A stretch of 64,000 nt of DNA from Glaucostegus cemiculus. Lineage: Eukaryota. Below the pieces are notes generated by a model. It saw nothing but the letters and a program-made list of their open reading frames with translations, made no database searches and had not been told where the DNA came from. Within the stretch, counting starts at the first letter, position 1; each line of letters begins with the position of its first letter. The DNA lies in assembly GCA_976551045.1 (NCBI GenBank), contig CDPCPM010000005.1, forward strand, positions 2,728,001 through 2,792,000. The letters are read 5' to 3'. Shown here piece after piece: positions 12,540 through 26,769 of the stretch. The position numbers and the translations under genes are program-made.

Positions 12540-13340
12540 GTTAGGTTGTAATTTTAAGCCAGAGCAGATCTCTACTGCATTCGCATTTATGCCATCACTG
12601 CGACCATCAATATTTCTATCTCTGTAACATCACTTGACTCCTTCTTGCCTCACCTATTCTGAGCAGAAACCCTCATTCACATCTTTAGTCCTTCTAGGTG
12701 TTACTATTTCAATGCTCTCCTTCCTGGGTTTCCTCATTCAATGTAACATGAAGTTATTCAAAACTCTGTTGCCTTTATCCCAACTCACAATGACACATTC
12801 ACTCCTGTGGTCACATCCCTAAGTTTTAAAATTATCACTCTTGTTTTCAGATTACTTTCACTGCCCCCAATCCCTATAATCATCCAGGCCAACAATCGAC
12901 AGAAATCAGCAAGTCAGGCCACATCTGTGGAAAGGAAAACAGATCTAACACTAAAGGTCCAAGACCCTTTGCCACTTTTTCAAACCGTTCAACAGCTCTG
13001 ATGAAGGGTCTCAGATCTTTCCACAGATGCTGCCAGACCTGCTGAGTGTTTCTGGCATTTTTTTGTATTTTTTTCAGATATCCAGCATTTTCAATAGCAG
13101 TTTTTTTATTTTCAACCCTCAAAATTTTTTACACTCCTCCACTGCTGCCCAATTTATAATTTCTGAATGTTGTTACTCAGCCATTGGCAGGTATGCCTTC
13201 AAATGCCGAGTGCCCTTAGCTCTTAAATCCGTCTGTCCAAGTTTTAATCAGTGTCAATTTTTGTTTGGCAATGCTCCTGTGAAGAACTATGGATCATTTT
13301 GCCCCATTAAAGTCACTATATAAATGCAAGATGTTGCTTT
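12540..13340 (+). mobile_element. L2-like LINE 3' fragment with a nested Penelope-type inverted element (~12895-13100)
   Basis: L2-like tail gtgaagaactatggatcatttt...ctatataaatgcaagatgttg. The internal insert contains ctgatgaagggtctc...ccacagatgctgccagacctgctgag. Confidence 0.65.
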
Positions 13341-15039
13341 TTAATGTTGTGTTGCAGTGCTAGTCAGCTATGCAGATTATTCTTCAGTTTTCAACATGGG
13401 CAGAAGACACAAATTGTAAACTACTCTTAAAATAAATCATTGAATTGATTTAATACATTTTTTCTAGGTTATAATGCAAGCGTATTTGTTTTGTCTTTGG
13501 ATGCATAAGTAAGCAATCAGAATTCAGTGTTCAATGCTTTAAGGAGGGTCTTTTGATAATTACAATGGGTTAGCAGAGTTTAAGCAAAAAAAAAATCTCC
13601 AAAGGAAAAAGCAGTTCAATGTGTGCCGAGTACTACAAGCATTAATTCTCAGCTAGGTCATATGCAGAACATCTGTCATTCTGTCTATACTCTATGAGCC
13701 TCAACCAGGCCTCTGCATGGCTATTGATTTTTCTTACATTTGCTTTAATTTACTTAACCATCACAAAATCCATCAGTCGGTAAAGGGCAACTGTCCATTA
13801 ACATGTCATTTACTGGCATTCGCATTTTTTTGTGCAGTGTCTTTTTGGTAAATATTTCTTTTAAACTGCTCTGTGTTTACAGTGAAGAAATGAATTAGAG
13901 ATGTCTCCACACCTGTTTCTGTTCAATAACTGCTTTGCAGAGGTACACGTAATGTGTTTAAGGAGAAAATAAATATCTAGACGTTATTACATGTGTGCAA
14001 AAGGGTGGTAAATTAGGCCCTAATTATATTATAAGAGGCATGCGGCTTTTTCAGTTCAGATTTTACATGTGCATTTTACAGATCTCAAAGGCTTTACTGT
14101 GACTAATTCATGAGGTAGACCTTTGAATGCTTTCATCTATGGTTATCCTGTAGTCTTATTTACAAATCAACCAGGACACTTTCAGCAGCCTGTTCATGCA
14201 TTGCTGCAGCAGTTAAGATGCCTACAATGTGCACGCATGGCAGCAATCAGAAAGCCCTGGCTTTGTCTAATTACTCTATCACATAATTTCACAAATTGCC
14301 TTTCCATTGGGGAGCTGTGCTAAAACATGCTCAGACTGGGAATTTAGGCAGCAATATTTTTCTCAATAAATCCAACATGAAAGCAGCAAACAGTTCAGGG
14401 AAAAGGGAAGAGGGAAGACCACTCAGAAAATGATTTCTGATTAAAACATACTTCACGGCAATCCCACTGTTACAAATATCGGCAACACAAAGCAAGGTGA
14501 CTCATATCTCCAACATTTACTTTCAGTTCACGCAATAAATATTAGTGCAGTAGGTTTCACACATTAGGAGTTGTTATTAAGACAAAGAGGTGGTTACTGT
14601 CACAAATTTACACCTGCAAGAGGCACACAGGTCTTTAGTTGCTGCAGAGTACCTCAAAGGAGAAGTCCGACAGCCAGAACTTGTGCCAAGGTTATAATTT
14701 CCAGCTTATTTGCTTTCATTAGCTTTGAGGGTGTGAAAGGAAGGCTGGGTAATAGGTATAGTGCAAACTGAAACAATGACATAAAAAAAATGAAGGTTTA
14801 ATTTTCCTTCCAGAAAACCTGACCAAAATATTTTGTAATAACTTGTCTTTATTTCATTTCTTCGCAATGACTCAATGGCTGCTCCTGCAATTTAAGTACT
14901 TCTTATACCGGAAGTCAATGTTGCCACAGTGTTGAATTACAGAGCCTTTCCAGTTTTTAACACATCTGCTAAATAAGATGAAGTGTCACACGCAATTTCA
15001 CACTTGCCATGCAGCCTAACATGATGGGAGAGAAGTACC

Positions 15040-15290
15040 TGGATTTTTATGCTTTTCATCACCTTAAAGCATCCCAAAGCATCCTCCAGCCAATACAGTA
15101 TTTCAAAAGTATAGTCACCGTTGTGATGTCAGAAACAAGTCAGACAATTTGCACACAGTAAGCTCCCACAGATAGTCAAGTGATCGTCACCTAATATTCT
15201 GCTTATGTGATCCTTATTCAGGGATAATTTTGCCCAAGGCACTGGGAATAACTTCCCAAATTTCTTTGCATATCACAACTGAAACCCTAG
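15040..15290 (-). mobile_element. SacSINE1-like DeuSINE fragment
   Basis: Reverse complement of the body and tail seen in the copies at 46550 and 58960 (tgtgggagcttactgtgtgcaaattg, gatgctttgggatgc on the minus strand). Confidence 0.6.
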
Positions 15291-15704
15291 CAAAACTGCA
15301 AGAACTTAAAAAAAAACTTGCTGAACTGTGACGAGACAGGAAAAAAAATGCGGAAAAGCAATATTTCCACGTTATTGGTTGCAGTTTATGGGGGAAGTTT
15401 GAGACCCTGGGTACAGGCAAGAAGCAAGCCAAAATCCCAGGGATTGAGTGAGATGGGGGCCAGAAATCCCAATGTTGGGAATGCTTGTGAGCCTCTGAAC
15501 TGCAGACAAACTGGGTTGGAATATCCAGCCCACTGCAGTACGGGCCTGATATTGTGGGATCCTAAGTCTCCCATAATATCACAATTTTCATAGCGCACAA
15601 CTTGATCTTATATTTCCACTTGAGAGGGCAGACAGGAGGTAGTTTAATATTTCATCCAACCTTTGATACTGCAGTGTTCCTTCATAATATATATGAAATA
15701 GGAG

Positions 15705-16150
15705 TAGTACTAGGCAACCTAGGCCTTTGAAACTGCTTTACCATTTATTAATACTGTGTCTGATCTTCCACCTCAGCACCATTTTCCCGTTAAACTCTTG
15801 ATCTGTGTTTTGAATGAACAAAATGACTGAGCCTCCACAGCTCTCTGGGCTTCCAAAGGTTCACCACCCTGAGTAAAATCATTTTTCTCCATCTCAATCC
15901 AAACTGATTTATCACTTCTTCTCAAACTATGCCCCCAGTGCTAGACTCCTTGGCTGGGGGAAACATTTTTCCTACATCTAACCTAAAAAGCCATTTGAGA
16001 ATTTTGAATGTTTCAATGAGGTTGCTTCTCATTCTTGTAAACTCCAGAGAAGTCAGTCCTCTGGACTCCCTCCAGGGCAAGTACATCCCTTTGTAGGTAA
16101 GGAGACCAAACCTGTACACAATACTCCACAAGGCTCTATATAATTATACA
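15705..16150 (-). mobile_element. Degraded CR1 LINE 3' fragment
   Basis: ORF 15922-16131 'SLEFTRMRSNLIETFKILKW..RLDVGKMFP' is CR1-like. Confidence 0.8.
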
Positions 16151-16774
16151 AAGAAAACCAGTAGAATTAAAAGTTATTCAAATATTTACTAATTTGTCCA
16201 ATTAGGCAACAGTGGTTAATTGAACTTGTTCTTTTTAATACTAAGCTCTGTAACATTGGTGGTTAAAACATTCTGGCAACAGGTCAGTGAGTCATCACTA
16301 GGTAATACATGCTGCTATTTGAAACGCCCTGTCCTCTGGATGGGTAATCACTACAAACGATAAAAACAATGACATACATCTCCTTTTGCTCTGTTTTAAG
16401 ACGTTAAAAATTGGAACAGTTTCCACGGGTTGTCAATCAATACAGGATTAAACTTGCTAAATAAAGCAGGGCAGATCCAAAACCAGTGGATTTTCTTTTA
16501 CTGCACTGACACTAACAAGAGAGATATGTTCAGTGTAATTTCATTGAGCTGCAGATCTGTGAGGCTGCAGGTACAAACCTTTGTATCTGAGAACCTGTTT
16601 GTGTATTCAGCTACAGGTTCCCAGGGGAGGCTTTGGGGAGGGAGGAGTGGTTGGAGGTAGGTGGCCTGGATTAGGCGGCAAGCTTTGGGCAGTGCAGTTC
16701 ATGGGTGAAAAGGGAGTGAGGAGCTGTTAACAATGGGAAGTGACCCTGATGAGAGCAAGTGGCAGTGGACGGGC

Positions 16775-17050
16775 GAGAAACAAACTGCTGGAGGAACCTC
16801 ATGAGTCAGCCAGCATCTGTGGAGGCAAAGGAATAGTCAACCCTTTAGGTCAAGACTCTGCATCAGGTGATATAGTCGATATAAAGAGGTGAAGGGGTGG
16901 GGTATGACAGGAGCTGCCAGGTGATGGGCGGATCCAGGTGAGGAGGGGTTGATGGGCAGATGGAATCAGGTGGAGGACAGAGAGGTGGAGGTAGCAACAG
17001 AGGCTGTGCGGTGATAGTGGAGATAAGAAAAGGCAGCTGGAAAGCAAGAG
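16775..17050 (-). mobile_element. Penelope-type fragment
   Basis: aaactgctggaggaac...cagcatctgtggaggcaaagg...actctgcatcagg followed by the family's G-rich segment. Confidence 0.65.
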
Positions 17051-19039
17051 GAGGCTGGGGCTGGGCTAGCTGAGAGCAGGGAAATCAAGAGAGAAAGGGT
17101 GATGAAAGGGGCCAAGAGGGAGTATGCTGATAGGGAGGGGACTGCACAAGGGGCAATACTGAGGGAGACAGTTAGGGGGAGGAGGCACAGAGATAGGGAG
17201 ATTGACATAAGGGGACTGAAGAAGGGAAGGGATCAAGGTCAGGAGGGGCCAAGGTAGAGGGTGCAGGCAAGATCATGGGTATGCAACAGAGCCTGGTCTC
17301 CAGTTGTCTCAGACCTCCTTGCCATTGGACCAGGAACTCACTCTGGCAGGACCATGTGTTAGCCGGCACGTAGTGACCATCCAACGTTCGCGCACTGTAT
17401 CTTTCACTCCTCAGAGCTAAAGTGAAAGAAAGTCATCCTTGACTCTGAGGGAATGTGTGTAAGATGGCTTTTGGCAGCAGCGGCAGTAAATATCACAGCC
17501 TGTATGCACTAATGCTCAAAGCCTCATTCACATCAATAACTGGAGGCATTTCAATGCTAATACAGAAACGTTACCCTGAGGGTGACAGCAACTTTTAGTT
17601 TCTTAAGCCCAAAAGGGACAAAAATAATAACGTCCAAAACTAATTCTATGACATCATGAATCCCAGACTGCTGTACTCCCTTTTGATCAGTCATTTTTTT
17701 CTCTGATGCTTAAGTAATCTTATCTCACTCCTTCAGTCAAGCATGGAAATTCAACAAGTTTGAAATTATCAGCTAATACAGGGTGCTTTAAAATCGTGCT
17801 TTCCTCAGCCCTTCCAATGATAGCACGCCTACAATGGAACAATGGCCTCTGTTCAACATTGTTTAGACTTTCTGCCTACTACACATTTGAACCCCACCCA
17901 ATTGATTACTTTGTTGCAAGGCTTGGGTCAAAACTCACATCCTATTTGGCAAACACACCATGTGATGTGGTGCCAAGCAACCAAGAGCAAACTAGTCTTC
18001 AGGTTGCTAGAATCTAACTTGGTGGCTCCAAACTAGAGTCTCCTGCCCCAGTCACAATGCCCATTGGTGAGTTTTTTGGGAGGGTGGGAACAGATGTGGA
18101 TTGTCAGAATTAGGCACCATAAAACTTGGTTCTTGAGGAAGGGTCTCAAGGGAGAAGTACGGACAAGCTACAACTTCTGTCCATACCCCATAAGGAGATG
18201 TCGCCAACAACAGCAATGCATTTATTTACCATCATTGAGCTTGGAATACATTCCAAGATCCTTCACAGAAGAATTATCAAATAAAATTTGGCACAAAGCT
18301 ACATAAAAGATCTACTAGGATAGATGATCAAAATCTTGGTCAAAGAGGCATCTTAAAGAAGCAGGAAGTGGTAGAACAGGAGAGGTTTAGAGAGGAGACT
18401 GAGAAAGTCAAAAGCTGCACAGGTTACCAACAACACAAATGGTAAGACTCTACCCATTCCCCAATCAATACTACTTCCTTCCCCCCTCCCCCTCACAACA
18501 CTATCTCAGAATCAGATTTTCTTTTAGATGTCAAATAAACCAGATTTTCTATTCTTTTGAGGCTTTTGCACAGGTTTGTCATTCAAAGCATCCTATAGTC
18601 AATGGCTATATGGCAAAGGCACTGTAGAATTTGCCAACTCTCCCTTTATATGATGTAATCACACTTAAGGTATTAAATGGGAGTATTCCCATATTCTGTA
18701 CGAGTTAGATTGGGGAACTATTGCTTCAGAACTTACTGCACCTTTTAAGAATACAACTGTTGAGGATAGTTATAAACAAACATTCTGCAGGCTCTCACTA
18801 AAAGGCTGGATTTTACACTTTATTACCTTTGAAAATTTTGTTCCTCATCAGTTTGAGACACGATCACGTTGACAGATGGAACACTTTCTCTTTTCATGCT
18901 CCCAGTCTCAGGATTCAGCACACTCAGGTGAAAGATCATTTGGACACGTTTCCCTGCACTCCTTCAATACCAAGTCTCAGCACTTGCCTCAAATGTCACT
19001 TTCTACACCATCAGTGTGACATTTGTTTGAATTATCCAG

Positions 19040-19210
19040 TTATTGGCCCATTGCTGTTTGTGGGATCTTCTGGTGCATTAATTGGCTACAGTACCTAACC
19101 ACATCACAGAACACACTATACTTCAGTAAAGGATTGCACTGGTGGTACAGTAGTTTGGGATATTCAGAAGTTGCAAAAGGCATATCAAAAGTGAAAGGTC
19201 TTTCTTGTCC
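19040..19210 (+). mobile_element. SacSINE1-like DeuSINE 3' fragment
   Basis: cattgctgtttgtgggatctt...aattggct...tail, matching the other copies. Confidence 0.55.
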
Positions 19211-21659
19211 ACCAAATTGTTTAACTGAAAGACATCATTGTAGTTCAGCAAAGAGGCAGCATTGATAATGTGATAGCTCCAGTGAAAGTTTCTATGGGGT
19301 GAGGTCTCTGTTATAAAGGCAGGGAGTGAATCACCTACTTGTTCTCCATCACACCCAAGCTTTTGTTTTCATTGGGTCAGAAGGACAGATCAAAATGTGT
19401 GGCTCAGACGTGTCAAAACAGGGAAGGTCCCCCTGACCTAAAGCAGGCTGAGAAAGCAGCCTCAGGTGGTCCCATTCAGGCTCAATGCCATGGATGTGAT
19501 GGGGTGCAGAGCTGACTCCAGAATAAATCCGATTAGGAGTTTCTGGAGGAAGGAGAAAAGCATTCTGTTGCTGTAAACAGAATGCTATTTTACACCACCA
19601 TGCAGCCCACAGTGTACAAATATACCAGAAATGCATAAAGGTGCAAGTTAATTAGATCCACCCACTTAATGAATAACCTTAATTGTTGTCTTGACACAAT
19701 GGGAAAAGATGCTTTTCTATAAATTTGACAGAAAACAGGAACTATTGTCACTGCCCACGAATTATCTTACATGGAGTATTGCATCTTCCACATATATGCA
19801 TCAAAATAACCAATACTCAGAAAATCATGTGTTAGGGTACAGGACGTTCACAATAACAGGCACCTGCTGCAACAAGATGGAGAGCACCATCCTGTAAAAA
19901 TATTCATTTCTGGTCACTTACAGCTCATAATCCAATAAAACAAGGTAAAAAAGCTTCTTTGGTTGCTGGTGCTAAATGGACACTACAGAATTGGCCATCT
20001 ATCATACACCCCTCCTATTGTTTCACTGAAGTAACAATGAGAGACTACATGGGAAACCAATGCAATAGTCTCCATTTATGACTGATGACAATTTTCTAAC
20101 ATGGTTTTTGTTTAGACTCTGCTACTTACTTTACATCACGTCTAATTTCTAACTAATTACAAGTTATCTGATTACACTTTGATTTTACAATGTTATGACT
20201 GGTTAATGGTTTCCGGTATTTTTATTTGCTTGATATTTGATCTTTGAAGAATAGGTGAATGCTGAAGCAAAAGATAATCACCAGTGAGGACCAAGCGGGC
20301 TGAATGACCTGCTTATGTTCTGGACATTCCATTTTGTACAGAATACTTGAAATATGGATTCAACGCTGCAACTAAAGTATTCCATCAGGAATTCCTCTTA
20401 CCTTCTGCCTTTTTCTACACCAAGATACTTTTCAGATTGGTCACATTATTTTAACAACTTTTCACACTTTCTCCAACTGGGAGAAATGGTTCAGTCGTAA
20501 ACTATTTGTAGGAGCGCTCAATGTTCTTTGAGGCTTTACTGCCATAGGTAATAAGGACTGGAAGGCTGTGATACAGAGTAGTGAGCAGAATGTCTCATAG
20601 TGTCAGCCTGCTAAAGTCTGGGCTTACACACATCCAAAAAGGCAGAACCACCCCTGGAATTTCATGTTGGTTCAACCTTTATAAGGCAGTAAACAAACAT
20701 TTCACCTTAACGCTAGCAAGGTATGTTTCTTGCCTCATCAGAAAACCAGCATCTTGAGCCCAACTTGATAGAAGCAAAACAGCACTATCACAAATGTGCT
20801 ATCATATGCCATACCACTGAACAATTAATTATCATTGGTAGATACTGAGGTCTATGCCTCATGCTTCAGAAGTACAAAAATGAACAGGTATAAGGTATAG
20901 TGATAATAAGGTACAAAAAAAAGGTACAGTGATAGAAAAAGATTTACTTAATAGATTAATATTTTTCATTTTGCTTTATTACATTATTCACACATGACTT
21001 CTTATTTTTAAACTACAAGAGACTGAAGCCATTTTTAGTGGAATCCAGGGTTTATAAGGAAAATCTGAGTCTTGTTTTCCTCAAGATTTAATAAAAGAAA
21101 GCTGTAACAAGCTGGAAAGTGAGTTGAAACTGTTGTCAGAGGCTGGCAAGGCATTGGTGAAAACATTCTGCAGTGGAATTTCTGTTTTTCAAAGCTTTGT
21201 TACTCTGCTGTTCATAATAATTTGACTCAAACTATTCTTTCATACCTTTGTTTTTAACCAAGCTCTCAGTTACCATCAAGATACTTGTTTATTTGTTCTG
21301 AAATTGGCAGTTACAGATCTTGGATCCATATTTTCAAAATTTGCAAGTGGGAAGTGGTGTGGAACTGCCATGTTGCAGGTGGGAAGACCAAGCTCTTTGG
21401 GCAGAGGATAAATGTCAGTAAGACTGAGAAGATAAGGCAGTGAGGTTCCTTTATGCATATTTTTCTTTTTAAAAATCTGACCAAATTTGTTAACTATAAA
21501 GTTACATTAGGTAGGGATTCAAAGCATGGAACTAATTGCCTCCTTCACAGTTGGTAACAACAAGATGCCACAGGAACAACTTACAATTTGTTTTGCTTTT
21601 TTAACATAATGCTTCAAGACTTGTATTTTAACAAGTTTTAATACCATTTTCAACAAGAA

Positions 21660-21920
21660 GACATGGTCTTAGGATAAGTGGCAACTTGTTTATATGGAGA
21701 GGCTGGTAAATCTTTTGAATCCCCTACCTCAGGCAGGAGATGTTCAGTCACTGAGTACATTTGAGACTGAGAGCAATAGATTTTTTGACATCATGGGGAT
21801 CAGGGAATATGGGGATAGGGTGGGATAATGGATGAGGCACCAGATCAGCATTATTTTATTGAATGATGGAACTGGTTTGAGATGCTATATGCCAACTACT
21901 TCTTCCATTTTGTTCTTTTG
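21660..21920 (+). mobile_element. Degraded CR1 3' end
   Basis: Remnant 'VNL.N.LPQ...SLSTFETE...GIREYG' pattern plus 3' UTR. Confidence 0.6.
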
Positions 21921-21951
21921 CAACAATGCCATCAAACAGAAGTTACATAAA

Positions 21952-22060
21952 TGCAGACACAAGAGACTTCAGATCTTGGAGCAAAAGACAAACTGCTCAG
22001 GAACTCAGTGAGTTGAGGCAAAGGGATGTTTGATGTTTTGGGTTGAGATCCTGCATCAGA
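21952..22060 (-). mobile_element. Penelope-type fragment
   Basis: gacacaagagact...ggaactcagtgag...gatgttttgggttgagatcctgcatcag; imperfect flanking repeat agaagttacataaa / agaaagttgcataaa. Confidence 0.65.
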
Positions 22061-22249
22061 AAGTTGCATAAAAGCTGCCACTGTGAATGACTGAGCAATG
22101 TGGATTACACATGTCTGTTGTCACAGTAGTGGTTAAGGTGCTGCTATCACTGACCCTAAATTGGAAAGCTGAGAATCAGGGTGGAGGAACATCCAGCTTT
22201 CTGGCTCAATTCTACTGTCCATCATTTAATCTTACCTCTAGTTATCCTT

Positions 22250-22355
22250 TTCCCTTTCCAGATGAAGGGTCTTGACCCAAAATGTCAACTGTCCATTTCC
22301 CTCCATAGATGCTACCTGACCCATGGAGTTCCTCCAACATCTTGAGTGTTGCTCC
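22250..22355 (+). mobile_element. Penelope-type fragment with a decayed hammerhead motif
   Basis: ccagatgaagggtcttgacccaaaatgtcaactg...gatgctacctgaccc...gttcctcc. Confidence 0.7.
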
Positions 22356-23770
22356 TTTGCCCTCAATTTATTTCAAAATAATATGTCTGAATTATCTTAT
22401 GATGTTCCCAGCCTTTCCTGTTAACCAAGACATCTAATTCTGTTATCAACTCATTCTTCTCTATTCTCCATCAATCATTCCTTGATGCTTAGCTTTTCAA
22501 ACATATTCCACTGAGTTGGCTATACAGTGCAACATTCTGGTAGCTTTGCATTTCATTACTCCATACATGTTGTACATCAATACTACCAAACCATTCAAGT
22601 CTAATTCATGCAAAGTTGGCACCATTCAAGTCCAAATTTCCACTTATCCTTTCTATGGCTTGTAATTTACCAATGTTAACATTAATTTTCATCCAACATT
22701 TTCTGTCCAGTTACAAAATGTTTCCAGCTTTGAAGTTTTAATGCCTCCTTCCAATACACTGTTGGTAATCCTTCACATCAAAGAGATAGTATCATTTCAA
22801 TGGGCTGAATGGTCTCCTTCTGCACTGCATATTCAGCAAATATAATCAATCTGATCAATTTGTATTAGGTTCCTGAGTTCAGATCCTCAATACAAATTAG
22901 GAAGGGGGTGGCCCAACATCGATATTAATGCTTTTTCCTCACCCATTCAGAGTCCTCCACTGAAACTACAAGTATGACTGGTGTAATCGTTAACAAATAT
23001 TCTGTTGACCAGGCTTGCAGTTAAACAACAGCCATGCCTGACTTCCTCAGAACCTTAAGATTTTACGAAATGGGAGAAGGCAAAAAATTGTCACGTATAA
23101 ATAAATAGCCAGCGTTTATCACTACCATTGAAAAGAGATCACCAACTAAAAACATGAACCCTGTTCCTCTCTCCTCAGATGGTGTTAGACTTATTTTAAT
23201 ATTGCCGTCAATTTAGAATTGTTTCTCCTTTATGCAGTGTTTTAGCTTACCATATTTTCCAGTTCAATGTCACTCAGCTGCTTTCAAGGTGATAAATCAG
23301 CAGGCATTCTTACTTTGGATGTCGCTCCTTCCGAACTGACAATTTGCTCGAGCCATTGAAACCTTTCAATGTTAAGTTTTAAAACAACCTAGAACCCTAA
23401 TTGCAGAACGCCAGTGTGCAACTGAATTGCTTGCAGAAGGATGGCTTTCCATGCACCATCTTGTATTGAAAATGGGTCCCCCCATGGCCTTGCACAACCA
23501 TATAGTTGTCCCTCTCTGAGCTTTAATGTAATGAGTCATTACAGAGGGAAGTCAATTAAACCAAGGAAGGTGGCTGGGCAGGTGGGGAGCAGCTGGGGGT
23601 AGGAATTGGACAGGCTCCATTATTGGTGTGCAATCCCCCTTTTGTTTCTATATGGACCAATCAGGTGAGCCTTTACACAAAAGCATGAGAAAAAAAATCC
23701 CTGGAAATACCACTCCACATCCCCCCACCCAAACTCCGCGCACTTGCATCTCAAGGTGTTATCGATTTCA

Positions 23771-23953
<183 letters not shown>

Positions 23954-26769
23954 TTAAGGCAATCTCTTTGGTCATTTAGATTTCTGTATTGCTTTTATGT
24001 TGCACAACATGTGGGAACTTTCTTTTTTAAAATGGGTCCGTGTTTGCCAGATGTGTCGGATATGGATAAATTAAACCTTGGATCACCAAGGCATGGTCTT
24101 TTTGCACAAGAAACATTAAAATAAATTGGTTGTCATTTTCCACAGTGGTACACAAATGCAATCTTGTTCACAAAGTCATGTACAACAGCAATTGACTCAT
24201 ACCAGAGCTCCTAAGATGAACCTCCTCAGTCACTGCTCCAAATGCAGTTGAATCAATCACCTCGAACTTTGCTCAGGGGAGCTGGTAGGAGGAACGGTGG
24301 GGGAGATGTTGCACAGGGACCATTTCCATCCCCACCTTTCAGCCCAGGGAAACAAACCCTTTATTTTCCTTCAGTGTCTTACTAAAAACGAGACAACGTG
24401 GCACTGAGCCCAGCGCACGCCATCTGCACCCCGACCTTATTTAACCACAAAAAGATTTACACCTGCAACATAAAACTGGGTGGGTGACCAGCTGGATGGG
24501 GGCGGGGGGGTGCAATGAGATCACCATTCAACCTGTCTCGGACTTGTACAGCCCCTCCTAATTACTACAATACTGGCTTCCTAGCATTGCAAGCAAAAAA
24601 AAGTAACATTACAGTCAAAGACACAAACCATCTGTCCGTGCTTACGCCGGGCACATAATACAGTTTGGATGACACTAATGGCTTCTGTTTGTGCCAAAGT
24701 GGTAGAATTGGGACCATTATTACTCTCACCTGGATTTCTAGTGTTAATTTGGCTTAAAGCTGCTCACAATGCATAGCTGCAGACACAAGCACAATCAACA
24801 AGGGAATATTTATAATCCTAAAGTGGCCCAGTGGTACAAGATACAACCAAAGGGTGGGAAGCAGGTACAACTTCAAAATCACTCATCACATGGCCCTTTC
24901 AATTTTGCAATGAAAGTTAGGTCAGGAGAGATAAGGGTTGATTTTTAGCCCCCATCAATGAATTTACCTGAGCATTAGCTTCAGTGTAAGACAGATCCAA
25001 ATCTTTTAACACTTTATTTTATGCTAATGAACTGGGTGAGTCTGCAGGACGAGGTTTTCAGTTCTGGGTCAGAAGGAATGGGAAGTGCCTGTATGCTCCT
25101 GAGCCCTATTCAAATTTAGTTTGGCCGGCCCCAGGCTTACAGTGTGTGGATACAAATTCACAGCATGAGATTAGCCATCACTGCACTATGAAGTGACAAT
25201 AAATTGTCAACTCTGGTATCACGCCAGATGGCATGGGAAGTGAAAATTCTGTCCTGGTGCAGTAGGGGGTGCCATTCTGAGGCAAAGGTTAAGTCCCTCT
25301 GTATTGCAGTGGGAAGCTACAATGAATATGACCTATATTGTTCCTGACCTGAAATTAGTTGAGGCCAACACAGGGTGCAAAGTGAACGATGTTTCATTTC
25401 TCCAGCAGTGCTCTTCCCCATTTCCCGACAACCATTAATAGTGTGGGAAAAATAACATGCAAATGAATTGCAAATTAAGATTCCAAAGTCCTTAAATACC
25501 ATAGCTGGGACTGTCATTCTTTTTCGTAGAGAAAGTCAAAATAAAATGCACTCATAGTTTCATTAATAAGACAGAGTGCATGTGGTACATGCTGTTTATA
25601 CTATCATTGAGTTTGAAGTGAATGCTGCTTTTTTTTTTGTTGTAAGGCAGGTCAATTTATTCCACTGCATTATAATTTATTAAAAAAAAACACGAGTAGC
25701 AAACACAGATCAACATCTGCTTAAATCTGAGTGTAAATACTGTAAACACAGGATTATTATCCACATACAGAAATAAGTCACGGATATATAGTATTGATTA
25801 AAATTCTGAACAGCATTGAACCTAATGACAAACCCTCCCCCATCTTGATGTCTCTGCATCAACCCTCCTCTTTACATATAACTTTCCATTTATGCCAAAA
25901 AAAACCTTCAGATTCATTTACCAGTAATGCCCCACTGCCTCACTAGAGAAGAATTCATTGATAATTTATGGAAATATCTACTATAATCCAGCTATGACTT
26001 TTTCCAGCTTTGTGCATCAATAGAATAATCAAGGCTTTAAAACAGCCTTTGCTTCCCATTACCTCAGGCAAAAGAATTCCTGAAAGCATGCCTTCAGGGC
26101 ACCTGAATTATACACACCATTAGGGGAAGTAAAGGCTTTCTGCATTCCATATAAAACACTCACCAGTACCTTTCCTGTTTTTCTCATGTAGCTAAAGCAC
26201 CCACACTAGAAACAGAAATTTTAAGTAAAGACTTATGTAGATACAATGGTGAAAGCTTTTAAGTGAGGACTGTTCCCCTCAATCAATCTGCAGAGTGCAG
26301 CTTACCCCAAATAACTGGTTTCTGTTACATCATTAGCACGAGTCCAAAAAAACACAGCCTCGACTTTTATGCAGTTTGTTCTTCCTACTGTTTTTTAGCC
26401 AAATAGAGCTGCTTTCCTTTCATCTGGGAGGGGAAATTATACTGCTGGGCTTGTAATCTAAGACAAGATTTTCATTAGGAGTAAATGCCTTCAATCCACT
26501 GCAAAATCGGGTGCATGTTCTAAGATGCCTAAACCACCTCCCCCACCCCCCCCCAACTAATTTTGTTGAAGATGACAGGAACTGGATACCCTTACAGGAT
26601 ACCAAAGGAAATTATTGTATATTACACCCATTTTTTCCTTATACCTTTCCCTTTTAAGTGCATTTTTTTTTTAACCTAGTCTTTGTTAACTTTTCCTGCA
26701 AACTGACCTCTGTGCATTGAAACCTTGGAGAAAATTCGAAAGCATCAGTTTTATTGGCATTTCCATTTT

